Source: a virus | Lineage: Duplodnaviria; Caudoviricetes | DNA: 33,108 bases | Reading direction: 5' to 3' (one strand) | Virus record (IMG/VR): IMGVR_UViG_3300048851_000172 | Location: 1 to 33,108 of that record | In this document: positions 18,194-26,874 of the stretch, piece by piece | Position numbering within the stretch: position 1 is the first letter of the stretch | Layout of the letters: the number at the start of each line of letters is the position of its first letter | Made by a program: the position numbers and the translations under genes | The notes under the pieces: generated by a model | The model's input: only the letters and a program-made list of their open reading frames with translations | The model's database searches: none | What the model was told of the DNA's origin: nothing

Positions 18194-18730
18194 CTACTTA
18201 TTGAAAGCCGTAGTGGCATCGGGTGCAGAAATGGTGTTCATGCTTGTATCGTCTTCCTGCATGGCCTCTAGGACGTATTTTCTTACGCCATCAAGGTTTA
18301 TAAGCAACACGGCGTGCCCCCAGCTGACATGGTCACTTGCCATCTGTAAGAATGAATCTGCTGGATATATGCAGTAGCTGTTGTCTCCGAAAAGCGGAAC
18401 TGTTAGAAATTTATCCTGTACATACCTATAATTCCCAAAATATGCATGCATCTCTTCGTTGCTGGCAATATCATTCGCACGATCAAATGATAATCCTGCA
18501 TCCATGAGCATCTTTGCAATGCGCATATTGCAAAGATCAGCCAAGCTGAACTTCTTCCATGTCCAGCGCTTAGTGTACAAAACTTGAACCTTTGCCCCTG
18601 GGCCATAGAACGGCGGCAGTGTTCCAACATTGCCTAGTAAGCCACGCTTCAATTGCGAGCGCAGTCCCTCATAACCAATTCCGACGATCTGCGCCGCTCG
18701 CGCGGTTGTCACACTCATATTTTGATCCAT
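18194..18730 (-). CDS. Moron: protein with N-terminal MerR/excisionase-like HTH
   Basis: VTTARAAQIVGIGYEGLRSQLKRGLL...KKFSLADL...IAKMLMDAGLS pattern; AGGT RBS before ATG 18730. Confidence 0.7.
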   Translation of the reverse strand: MDQNMSVTTARAAQIVGIGYEGLRSQLKRGLLGNVGTLPPFYGPGAKVQVLYTKRWTWKKFSLADLCNMRIAKMLMDAGLSFDRANDIASNEEMHAYFGNYRYVQDKFLTVPLFGDNSYCIYPADSFLQMASDHVSWGHAVLLINLDGVRKYVLEAMQEDDTSMNTISAPDATTAFNK

Positions 18731-18738
18731 AGGCCACC

Positions 18739-18795
18739 TAATTGGTTTCGTGGGACCATTTATAGCGCAGCAATAATTGGTGTCAAGAAACCATT
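18739..18795 (-). promoter_or_regulatory. Sigma70 promoter (TTGACA-N16-TATAAA) with two TAATTGGT-N8-ACCATT operator-like boxes
   Basis: + strand TGTCAA 18781-18786 and TTTATA 18759-18764; boxes at 18739-18760 and 18774-18795. Confidence 0.7.
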
Positions 18796-18830
18796 CTACA
18801 ATCCGGTAAATTGGCCAATGGAGATCGAAC

Positions 18831-19991
18831 ATGCCTGATGATGGCGCGCTGGTGCTGGTGGTTGATGGCCAGCGCCTGTCGGGCTGGCAGGAAATCCGCG
18901 TCAGCCGCGGCATCGAGCGTATCCCCAGCGAATTCGATATCCTGATGACCGAACGCTACCCGGGCGAGTTGGAAGCCGCTGTGCTGCGCGCCGGCAGTCC
19001 CTGCCAGGTGCTGATCGGCGGCGACCTGGTGGTGACCGGCTTCATCGATCGCTACTCGCCGGAGATCGCGCCCAACACGCACAGCATCCGAGTGGTTGGT
19101 CGCGGCAAATGCCAGGATCTGGTGGACTGCTCTGCCTATCTGCGCGGCGTCAACAATCAGGTCATGCAGGCCAGCACCCTGGCGCTGGTGACGCAGCTCT
19201 GTGCGCTGTTCGGCATCACCGTCACCGCCCGCGATGGCGAAGGGCTAGTGGTGCCGCAGTTCAATGTGATTCTTACGGAAACCTGCTGGGACATTATCGA
19301 GCGCGTCACCAAGCACTCGGCGATGCTCGCCTATGAAGGCGCTGATGGCAACCTGATCCTGTCTCGTGCTGGCACCGATCGCATGGCCTCCGGCTTTGTG
19401 CAGGGGCAGAATGTCGAACGCGGTAATGCCAATTCCGGCTTTGACCAGCGCTACAGCCTGTACGAAGTAGTGTGGATGGCGACCGAGGTGCTGAGCGATA
19501 TCAGCCGCGCCAGTGGCAGCGGCGATACCGCCAATATCCGTGTGCAGGTGGCCGATATCACCGTCGGCGCCGATACGCCCGGCACTGGCCGGCGCTTCCG
19601 CCCGAAAGTGATGGTTTCCGACCAGATGCAGTTCGGCCAGGACATCGCTGAGCAGCGGGCGCGCTGGGAGCGCAACCGCCGCAACGGCCGCGCCCGCCAG
19701 GTCTTCGTGGTAACCGATAGCTGGCGTGATGCCGCCGGCCGCCTCTGGGAGCCGAATGCCAAGGCACCCCTCGATCTGCCGGCCTTGAAGGTCAGCGACG
19801 TCGAATGGGTGATTTCCGACGTTACCTATCTGCGCGGCGAGAACGGCACTCGGGCCGAGCTGGTGTTGATGCCCACAGAGGCCTTCGAGCCCGAGCCGAT
19901 CGTGCTGCAGCCCTTTGACGCGCAGGTGATGAACAGCCTGGCGCCGGTGGCGCCGGCATCACCCGCCACCCCGGCCGGTGCCACGCCATGA
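18831..19991 (+). CDS. Baseplate hub protein, Mu gpP (gp44)-like
   Basis: GWQEIRVSRGIE, VVTGFID, GRGKCQDLVDCSA, WRD..GRLWEPN. Confidence 0.93.
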   Translation: MPDDGALVLVVDGQRLSGWQEIRVSRGIERIPSEFDILMTERYPGELEAAVLRAGSPCQVLIGGDLVVTGFIDRYSPEIAPNTHSIRVVGRGKCQDLVDCSAYLRGVNNQVMQASTLALVTQLCALFGITVTARDGEGLVVPQFNVILTETCWDIIERVTKHSAMLAYEGADGNLILSRAGTDRMASGFVQGQNVERGNANSGFDQRYSLYEVVWMATEVLSDISRASGSGDTANIRVQVADITVGADTPGTGRRFRPKVMVSDQMQFGQDIAEQRARWERNRRNGRARQVFVVTDSWRDAAGRLWEPNAKAPLDLPALKVSDVEWVISDVTYLRGENGTRAELVLMPTEAFEPEPIVLQPFDAQVMNSLAPVAPASPATPAGATP

Positions 19992-20497
19992 GCAGCACCC
20001 TCGATCGCCTGACCGGGCGGCTGCTGTCGCTGTGCGGCTTCGGCCGCATCACCGCTACCACGGCGCTGACCGGCAAGGGCTTGCGCCGCGCCCAGGTGCG
20101 CATCGATGACGCGGAGATCCGCGACGAGACGCCGATGGTCGGCCTCTATGGCGTCGCCTCCCGCCCGCTGCCGGGGGCGGACGCCATCATGATCTTCCTG
20201 GCCGGCGACCGCTCCAAGAGCATCATCATCGCCACCAATGACCGCCGCGTGCAGATCGATTTGGCCGAGGGCGAAGTGGCGCTGCACACCGATGAGGGCG
20301 ACCACATCCACTTCAAACGCGGTGGCCTTGTCTCGCTCCGCGCCAGCACCCGGCTGGACATCGACACGCCCCTGATCACCAGCACCGGGCGGATCGAGGC
20401 GGCCGGCGACGTCAAGGCCGGCAGCGTCTCGCTGCAGAATCATAGCAACACCGGCGTGCAGGCCGGCAGCAGCCTCAGCGGGCCTCCGCAGGCATGA
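19988..20497 (+). CDS. Baseplate spike/assembly protein, Mu gp45-like
   Basis: YGVASRPLPGA, GDRS..IIIA, LAEGEVAL, C-terminal SLQNH.N.GV. Confidence 0.9.
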   Translation: MSSTLDRLTGRLLSLCGFGRITATTALTGKGLRRAQVRIDDAEIRDETPMVGLYGVASRPLPGADAIMIFLAGDRSKSIIIATNDRRVQIDLAEGEVALHTDEGDHIHFKRGGLVSLRASTRLDIDTPLITSTGRIEAAGDVKAGSVSLQNHSNTGVQAGSSLSGPPQA

Positions 20498-20943
20498 GCG
20501 TCGACATCGCGATTGTCTGGAACGGCGACCGCAACGGCGCCGACTGGACCCTACTGCCCGGCGGCGATCTGGCCACCGCACCGCCCCTCGTCACCGCCGT
20601 CTATGTCTCGCTCTTCACCGACCGCCGGGCCGGGCCGGACGATGTCTTGCCACCTGGGCAGACCGACCGGCGCGGCTGGTGGGGCGACCTGCTGGATGAC
20701 CAGCCGATCGGCTCGCGCCTGTGGCTGCTGCGGCGGGCCAAGCACCTGCCGGAGACCCTGCGCCTGGCGCAGGACTACATCCGCGAGGCCCTGGCCTGGC
20801 TGATCGCCGATGCGCTGGTCGCCCGCATCGACATCACCGCCCTGTGGGACGGGCCCTCGCGCATCGCCGCCACTATCGTCCTCCACCAGGTGGATGGCCG
20901 TCAGGAAACCGTCACCGCCGCCTGGGCGTGGCAGGGAGCGTAA
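20494..20943 (+). CDS. Mu gp46-like baseplate protein
   Basis: SLFTDRRA, RGWWGD, GSRLWLL.RAK, YIREALAWL. Confidence 0.93.
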   Translation: MSVDIAIVWNGDRNGADWTLLPGGDLATAPPLVTAVYVSLFTDRRAGPDDVLPPGQTDRRGWWGDLLDDQPIGSRLWLLRRAKHLPETLRLAQDYIREALAWLIADALVARIDITALWDGPSRIAATIVLHQVDGRQETVTAAWAWQGA

Positions 20944-20947
20944 CCGC

Positions 20948-22057
20948 ATGCCGTATCAGCGCCCGACGCTCAAAAGCCTGTTCAGCCAGGCAGCGGCCGA
21001 TGTGGCCGAGAGCAGCGGCAACTTTGTTCTGCTGCGGACCTCGCCGCTGCGCATCCTTGCGAAGGTCGCCGCCGGCCTGATCCATGGCGTCTATGGCTAT
21101 ATCGACTGGCTGGCGCGGATGGCGGTGCCGGTCACCGCCGAGGGAGAGTACCGGCAGGCCTGGGCCGAGCTGGTCGGCATCACCCAGAAGCCGGCCGCCA
21201 CGGCGGCGGGCACCGCGCTGTTCAGCGGCACGCCCGGATCCGTTATGCCGGAGGGTACCCGGCTGGCGCGCAGCGCGGATGGCGTGGCGTTTGTCAGCAC
21301 CACCCTGGCGACGGTCGGCAGCGATAGCATCGTGGCCGTGCCCGTGGCGGCCGTGGAACCCGGCGCCGGCGGCAATACCATCGCCGGCGCGGCCCTGGTC
21401 ATCGCCGGCGCGATCAGCGGCATCAACGCCACTGGCAGCGTCTCCACCGCCATCGCCGGCGGCGCCGATCTGGAAGTCGATGAGGCGTTCCAGGCCCGCA
21501 TGCTGGAGCGCTATCGCGAACCGCCCCAGGGTGGCGCGGCGGCCGATTATGAAGCCTGGGCCAAAGCCGTGCCGGGTATCACCCGCGCCTGGTGCACGCC
21601 CAACGGGGCCGGCGCCGGCACGGTCGTCGTCTACATCATGCTCGACGATGCGCAGGTCAGTGCCGGCGGCTTTCCGCAGGGCAGCGACGGCGTGGCGGCG
21701 GCTGAGACCCGGGCGGCCCCAGCCACCGGTGACCAGCTGGTGGTGGCCAATGCGCTCTACCCGCTGCGCCCGGTCACCGCGCTGGTCTTTGTCGTCGCCC
21801 CGGTGGCCTTTGCACTCAACCTGACCATCGCCGACCTAGACGAAGATGGCGCCGAGATCCGCGCGGCAATCGCCACGGCGTTGCGCGGCATGCTGCGCCG
21901 CCAGGCGGCCCCCGGCGCGGCGATCTACCCGAACCAGATCTCGGACGCGATCGGCACCGTCGCCGGCGTGACGCGCTTCACCATCACCGCGCCGGTCGGG
22001 CCGGTCACCCCGCCCACCGGCGGGCTGGTGAGCCTCGGCAGCATCACCTGGAGCTGA
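20948..22057 (+). CDS. Baseplate J/gp47 family protein
   Basis: MPYQRPTL start (ATG 20948), GGADLE, PPQGGAAADYEAWA..VPG. Confidence 0.93.
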   Translation: MPYQRPTLKSLFSQAAADVAESSGNFVLLRTSPLRILAKVAAGLIHGVYGYIDWLARMAVPVTAEGEYRQAWAELVGITQKPAATAAGTALFSGTPGSVMPEGTRLARSADGVAFVSTTLATVGSDSIVAVPVAAVEPGAGGNTIAGAALVIAGAISGINATGSVSTAIAGGADLEVDEAFQARMLERYREPPQGGAAADYEAWAKAVPGITRAWCTPNGAGAGTVVVYIMLDDAQVSAGGFPQGSDGVAAAETRAAPATGDQLVVANALYPLRPVTALVFVVAPVAFALNLTIADLDEDGAEIRAAIATALRGMLRRQAAPGAAIYPNQISDAIGTVAGVTRFTITAPVGPVTPPTGGLVSLGSITWS

Positions 22058-22060
22058 CCC

Positions 22061-22660
22061 ATGCCAACACCGCCCGCGCGCAGTACCGCCAATCATCTGG
22101 CGACGCTGGCCGCACTGCTGCCCACCGGGCCGGTCTGGCCGCGCGAGGCAGGCAGCAGCCCGATGCGCATCTTGCGGGGCGTGGCCACCACCGTAGCGCG
22201 CCTGCGCGACCGGGCTGACGCGCTTCTGACCGACGCCTTTCCGGCGACCGCCTTCGAGCTGCTGCCCGAGTGGGAAGCCACCCTCGGCCTGCCCGATCCC
22301 TGCGCCGGCGCCGCCCCCACCCTGCAGCAGCGCCGCGCCTTGGTGGTCGCGCGGCTGAGCGCGCGGGGTGACCAGTCGGTGCCGTATTTCATCGATCGCG
22401 CGGCGCAGCTCGGCTTCACCATCACCGTGCGGGAATACGCGCCGGCGCGGCTTGGCGTGATGCGCCTGGGCGACCGCATGCAGGGTGCCGCCTGGGCACA
22501 GGCCTGGGCCATCCAGGCGCCTTTGCAAACCATCGTTCCATTTCGCCTGGGCCAGAGCGGCCTCGGCGAGCGCTTCCGCAGCTGGGGCAACGACATGCTG
22601 GAATGCCAGCTTCGCTCGCTTGCGCCTGCCCACACGATCCTGACCTTCCAATACCTCTAG
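22061..22660 (+). CDS. YmfQ/DUF2313 (Mu gp48-like) baseplate protein
   Basis: LLPTGPVWP, LLPEWEATLGLPDPC, LEC.L..LAPAHT. Confidence 0.92.
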   Translation: MPTPPARSTANHLATLAALLPTGPVWPREAGSSPMRILRGVATTVARLRDRADALLTDAFPATAFELLPEWEATLGLPDPCAGAAPTLQQRRALVVARLSARGDQSVPYFIDRAAQLGFTITVREYAPARLGVMRLGDRMQGAAWAQAWAIQAPLQTIVPFRLGQSGLGERFRSWGNDMLECQLRSLAPAHTILTFQYL

Positions 22661-22670
22661 GAGCGCACTG

Positions 22671-23531
22671 ATGCGTCGCATTGCAAACGGAACGCAGGTT
22701 TCTGCGCTGCCCCCGACCCCGGCTGCCGTTGGCACGCCGGGCTATGGCACGAATGGCGACCCGGCAGGCGGTGTGCAGGCCAGCATCTTTGATGCCGCCG
22801 CTTTTAATGCCATCCAGGAGGAAATCATCGGCGTGATCCTGGCATCCGGGATCACTCCGGATGGCGCCTTTCAAAATCAGCTTTGGGGCGCCATCCGACG
22901 TCTCACCGTCACTGCCGTGAAGCGCACGGTGTTTCTGACATCGGGCACCTTCACTGCTGACCCGTTCGCGCGAATGACGCAAATCCGCGCGGTGGGCGGC
23001 GGCGGCGGCGGCGGCGGTGCGGCTGGAGGCGCTTTGGGATCTTCCGGCGGCGGCGGTGGAAGCGGCGCATACGTCGACGGCTGGTATACCCCGATTCAGA
23101 TTGCCAATGCCCGCGCGATCACAATCGGCCTTGGCGGCGCGGGCGGCGCTTCTGGCCAGCCTGGCGTGCAGGGTGGCCACACCACGGTTTCGGGGTTGAT
23201 TTCCGCGAACGGCGCGGGGGCGGGCACGGGTGCTGGGAATGGCATTGTCGGTGGTGGTGGCATCGGTGGCGCCAGCAGCGGCGGTGAAATCAATATCGTG
23301 GGCCAGGGCGGCTCGAATGGATTTCTGCTTTCGAGTATTGGCATCGGTGGCGCGGGCGGCTCCAACCCGTTCGGGCCTGGCGGCGTGATGTCTTTCCCCA
23401 CCGCGCCCACTGGCACCCCCGGCAACGGCTATGGCGGCGGCGGCGCGGGCGGTGGTGCCTCTGACAGTTTCCGCACCGGCGGGTATGGCACCCAGGGCGT
23501 TGTGGTCATCATCGAATTGTGTGGGAGTTGA
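22671..23531 (+). CDS. Tail fibre protein, glycine-rich C-terminal domain
   Basis: Mu-like fibre N-terminus (GDPAGG..AS...AAAFNAIQEEI..VI...GITPD) followed by a Gly-rich domain ending G..GVVVIIE. Confidence 0.8.
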   Translation: MRRIANGTQVSALPPTPAAVGTPGYGTNGDPAGGVQASIFDAAAFNAIQEEIIGVILASGITPDGAFQNQLWGAIRRLTVTAVKRTVFLTSGTFTADPFARMTQIRAVGGGGGGGGAAGGALGSSGGGGGSGAYVDGWYTPIQIANARAITIGLGGAGGASGQPGVQGGHTTVSGLISANGAGAGTGAGNGIVGGGGIGGASSGGEINIVGQGGSNGFLLSSIGIGGAGGSNPFGPGGVMSFPTAPTGTPGNGYGGGGAGGGASDSFRTGGYGTQGVVVIIELCGS

Positions 23532-23534
23532 CCG

Positions 23535-23993
23535 GTGAATCAATCTTATGCCCTGGTGGCCAATCGCGATATCGAGCAAATTCAGGACGACGGCTCCATT
23601 GTCTCAATCGCCAAAGGCGCTGCTGTGAATTCGTTCGTTTGGAATGGTGAGGACGAGTATGCGATCGAGGACGGGTTTGTCGCCGTCATCATCGAGCCAG
23701 GCTGGGGTGTGGTCGACGGGCATTTGCAGGCGTTGCCTGCGGCGGTGGAGCCAGAGCCGGAACCCGCGCCCGTTTTGCTGACCTACAAATCCGATGTTTG
23801 GCGCCGGGCGACCGATGCGGAAGCCGAGATCATCAACGCCGCGTTGAATGCTGCCCCGGTGCGGCAGCGGCGGCTTTGGGATGACAGCACCATCCTGGAG
23901 CACGGCGCGGATATGTGGACCCCGCTGCGCGCCCAGATGGTCGAGGCCTTCGGCGAGGCCCGCGCGAACGAGATCCTCGCGCCTTCCATCTGA
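23535..23993 (+). CDS. Hypothetical protein, probable tail-fibre assembly/accessory
   Basis: Directly follows the fibre gene; GGGAG RBS, GTG start; C-terminal YKSDVWRRATDAE...FGEARANEILA. Confidence 0.55.
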   Translation: MNQSYALVANRDIEQIQDDGSIVSIAKGAAVNSFVWNGEDEYAIEDGFVAVIIEPGWGVVDGHLQALPAAVEPEPEPAPVLLTYKSDVWRRATDAEAEIINAALNAAPVRQRRLWDDSTILEHGADMWTPLRAQMVEAFGEARANEILAPSI

Positions 23994-24082
23994 CCGGCGC
24001 TTCGCGCCACCCCTGACCATTGAACGCAGCATCACCGCGGGCCCCTGGGCGCCGCGGCGATAGCTGTTGGAGAGAATCCCCC

Positions 24083-26863
24083 ATGGCGGTGACACCGCAG
24101 ATCACGGCGGCGCTGAGCGTCGGGCCGGAGGATGTCCTGCGTCCGCGCGCCTGGCTGGGCGGGACGATGGTCGCCTCGCTGCAGCTGCTGGACGGATTGC
24201 GTCAGCCGGCGGCGGCCAGCGAGGTGTCCATCGTCTTCCGGCGGCCGGATGGGATCGAGTTGTCCATCCCGGCCATACCGTCGGATGATACCCTGACGCC
24301 AAAGCGCTGGATCGCCGGTTGCGAAATCACCCTGGCCGGCACCTGGGCAGTGCGGGCCGTCTCCCTGGTGCCGGTGCGCCAGGTCGACTGGATCCTGTTC
24401 GACGCCGCGCCTGAGCCACAGGACACCACCGCACCCTATGCGGCGCTGTGGCTGAACCAAGCTGACCAGCCTCTGACCAGCACCACTGGCGGCCTGCTCT
24501 CCGCCGCGCGGATCGATCTGCTGCCGGTCGTGACGGAAGCGGTCGGCCTGACTTTGCCGGCCGTGCGGACCTTGGACGGCGCCACGGTGCAGGTGGCCTT
24601 TTCGGTCATCACTGCAGGCGCACAGGAAGCCATCGCTGATCAGGTTGCGGGCGTAAACGAGGCCGAGCGGAACGTGGTGCAGAAAGCCGGCCAGGTCGCC
24701 GACGATCGCGGTGCCGTGGCGGGCTTGGCCGAAGCGACCAGCCAGGACCGGGCCGCCACGGGTGCTGATCGCATCGTCACGACGGGCGACCGGGCTGCGA
24801 CAGAGGCCGCCAAAGGCGTGGTCGTGACGGCCGCCGCCAGTGTTACAGCATCCGTCGCCAATGCCGCGCCGCAGTTCGCAACCTGGGCACAGCTCACCGC
24901 CTATGCGCCGGCTGACAATCTTCTGGCCGTGCTCTTCCTTGCCGACCCCGCCGCGCCGACCCGCAAAACAGGCACCTATCGGCGCACGGCCGGTGCCTGG
25001 GTGTGGGAAAGCGACACCCTAACCGGCGTTGACCAGCGCCTACGGGCATCGGGTATCGAGGGCCGTGCCACCACGCCAGCCGCGCTGGCCCTCGCCGACG
25101 CGGCGGACAACATCCTGGCGCTGCTGGATAGCGCTAATATCTCATTCAGCCAGACGGGTGACTTCTTCGGCGCGGCCGGTATCCGCTCCGGGCTGCTTTC
25201 GCTGATTAGTCTGGTCACGGGTGGCGCTCTTACCGTCGCGGATGGCGCGGATAACGTCCTGTTCGAAGTGTCGAATGGGGGGATCGCAACAGATCAGATC
25301 CAGGTCGGCACTGCATCCAGCTTCTTTAGCGGCCTGACGATGACCTCGGCCGCATCGGATGGCGTGCGGTTTGGCCTGATTGACCCGCTCGGAAACTATC
25401 TGTTCTGGGTTGACGATACTGGTGTGCTTCACGCCAATCTTGAGCCGGCGACGGGCTGGACCTCAAATGAGATCCAGTCGCGCGAGTTCGACAATGCGGC
25501 GTATCGTCAGATTGTTCTGAACCGCTATCCGGTCGGTATCATCTCGGCCGTGGCGGTGCTGGCCTGGATTGTCGCCTGGGGGCAGTCCCTTTCGAATGGC
25601 ACGCAGAGCGGACCGGTTCTGTCGCGGACCAATACTGACGCTGAGACGCTGATGCTGGGCGACAATGTGCGCGGCAACACCGCTGCCGGGGGCACCTGGG
25701 CGCCGCTGAACGGGGCGACCCTTAAGCCGCTGATCGCCACCTGGGGCGGAAATACAGTGGTAGCGAATGCGACGGCCGACCTGGTCGCCTCTACTGATGC
25801 CACGCCTGGTGAGACGATCGTGGAAGGCTTCGTACGCACCTTCCGCCCGATGCAAAACGCCTCCCTGGGGCGCGTTTCTGGCCCGTTGAACCGCTTAGTC
25901 GCCAGCAGTGCGGGCGTCGGTTCCCGCGTCATCGCCACCTTCCAACCGGGGCAAGAACTGGCTCTGCGGTTGCTGTCCAACGCCAACGCTATCAAGGCGG
26001 CTGCTGGCGGCGTGTGGCCGGCCTGTGCCCTCACCACCATGCTGTTCGATCAGGGACAGCACGACGATAGCCAGGAAACCGGCGCGATCCCTGACCGTGC
26101 CGGCTATGGCGCGGCGCTGATAGCGGCCCTCACCTACGTCAATGCGCAGGTCGCCACGGCTGTCTTCGCTCAGCCTAAGCCGCCCCTGGTGCTGATTTAC
26201 CAGACCCGCGCCGCCTCCCCGCTGGGTGATGCTACCGACCTTGGCGTGCAGATGGGGCAATGGGATGTCACGCGGGCGCTGCCGAACGCGGTGGTGGTGG
26301 GCAATGATTATTACTTTCCCGACAAGGGCACGCACGAGGGCAGCAACGGCTACCGCATGGGCGGCGCGATGGGCGCGAAGGTCGCGCATCGCATTCAGGT
26401 GCGCGGCGAGGGCTGGGAGGCTTGCCATATCATCAAAGCCGAGTTGAAGGCAGGCACCCGTGAGGTGCTGGTGAGTTGGCATGTGCCGGTGCCGCCTCTG
26501 GTCTTCGATGCCCCCTTCGGCGGCGGGACGAAGCTGACCAACATCACCAATCACGGCTACCGCGTTCTCAATGCCGCTAAGGTGGCGCAGACTATTGTGG
26601 GCGTGCGCCAGGTCGGTCCATCGACCCACGTCATCACCCTTGCCGCGCTGCCGGGCGAGACGCTGTTCCTGCGCTACGCGGACAGCGGCAATGCCGGCAA
26701 CGGTTCTGTGCGCGACAGTGATGCGACCCTGGCGGCTGATATCTGGGAATACCTCGCCGGCACCACCCAGCCCCCGGCCGAGAATAACCCGGACATGCTC
26801 AACAAGCCTTATCCGCTCTTCAACTTCGGGCTGGCTTGGCACACCCCGATCATCTCCGTTTAG
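24083..26863 (+). CDS. Large putative tail-associated protein with SGNH/SASA-type esterase-like domain
   Basis: GGAG RBS before ATG 24083; Ala-rich coiled segment; GQSLS (25580), DQGQHD (26048), DKGTH..GY (26321) in SGNH block order. Confidence 0.65.
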   Translation: MAVTPQITAALSVGPEDVLRPRAWLGGTMVASLQLLDGLRQPAAASEVSIVFRRPDGIELSIPAIPSDDTLTPKRWIAGCEITLAGTWAVRAVSLVPVRQVDWILFDAAPEPQDTTAPYAALWLNQADQPLTSTTGGLLSAARIDLLPVVTEAVGLTLPAVRTLDGATVQVAFSVITAGAQEAIADQVAGVNEAERNVVQKAGQVADDRGAVAGLAEATSQDRAATGADRIVTTGDRAATEAAKGVVVTAAASVTASVANAAPQFATWAQLTAYAPADNLLAVLFLADPAAPTRKTGTYRRTAGAWVWESDTLTGVDQRLRASGIEGRATTPAALALADAADNILALLDSANISFSQTGDFFGAAGIRSGLLSLISLVTGGALTVADGADNVLFEVSNGGIATDQIQVGTASSFFSGLTMTSAASDGVRFGLIDPLGNYLFWVDDTGVLHANLEPATGWTSNEIQSREFDNAAYRQIVLNRYPVGIISAVAVLAWIVAWGQSLSNGTQSGPVLSRTNTDAETLMLGDNVRGNTAAGGTWAPLNGATLKPLIATWGGNTVVANATADLVASTDATPGETIVEGFVRTFRPMQNASLGRVSGPLNRLVASSAGVGSRVIATFQPGQELALRLLSNANAIKAAAGGVWPACALTTMLFDQGQHDDSQETGAIPDRAGYGAALIAALTYVNAQVATAVFAQPKPPLVLIYQTRAASPLGDATDLGVQMGQWDVTRALPNAVVVGNDYYFPDKGTHEGSNGYRMGGAMGAKVAHRIQVRGEGWEACHIIKAELKAGTREVLVSWHVPVPPLVFDAPFGGGTKLTNITNHGYRVLNAAKVAQTIVGVRQVGPSTHVITLAALPGETLFLRYADSGNAGNGSVRDSDATLAADIWEYLAGTTQPPAENNPDMLNKPYPLFNFGLAWHTPIISV

Positions 26864-26874
26864 GACGCACACAC

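Noticed and set aside
11592-22660. Mu-like transposable phage
   Set aside because: Only the tail is Mu-like; the head and terminase are lambda-type and there is no transposase in the window
22995-23015. (GGC)7 microsatellite as a phase-variable tract
   Set aside because: In-frame trinucleotide encoding the poly-Gly typical of glycine-rich fibre domains; slippage would not change frame
11592-23993. Tailocin, eCIS or gene transfer agent interpretation
   Set aside because: Terminase, portal and capsid genes are present, and the lambda-head/Mu-tail gene set does not match the RcGTA cluster
980-26872. Many long alternative-frame and antisense ORFs (e.g. 2450..3544, 4455..5801, 8689..9774, 11552..12721, 14357..15289, 22422..23579, 25895..26872)
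   Set aside because: They overlap well-supported phage genes and have Arg/Ala/Pro-rich or mirror-codon composition; expected shadows in high-GC DNA
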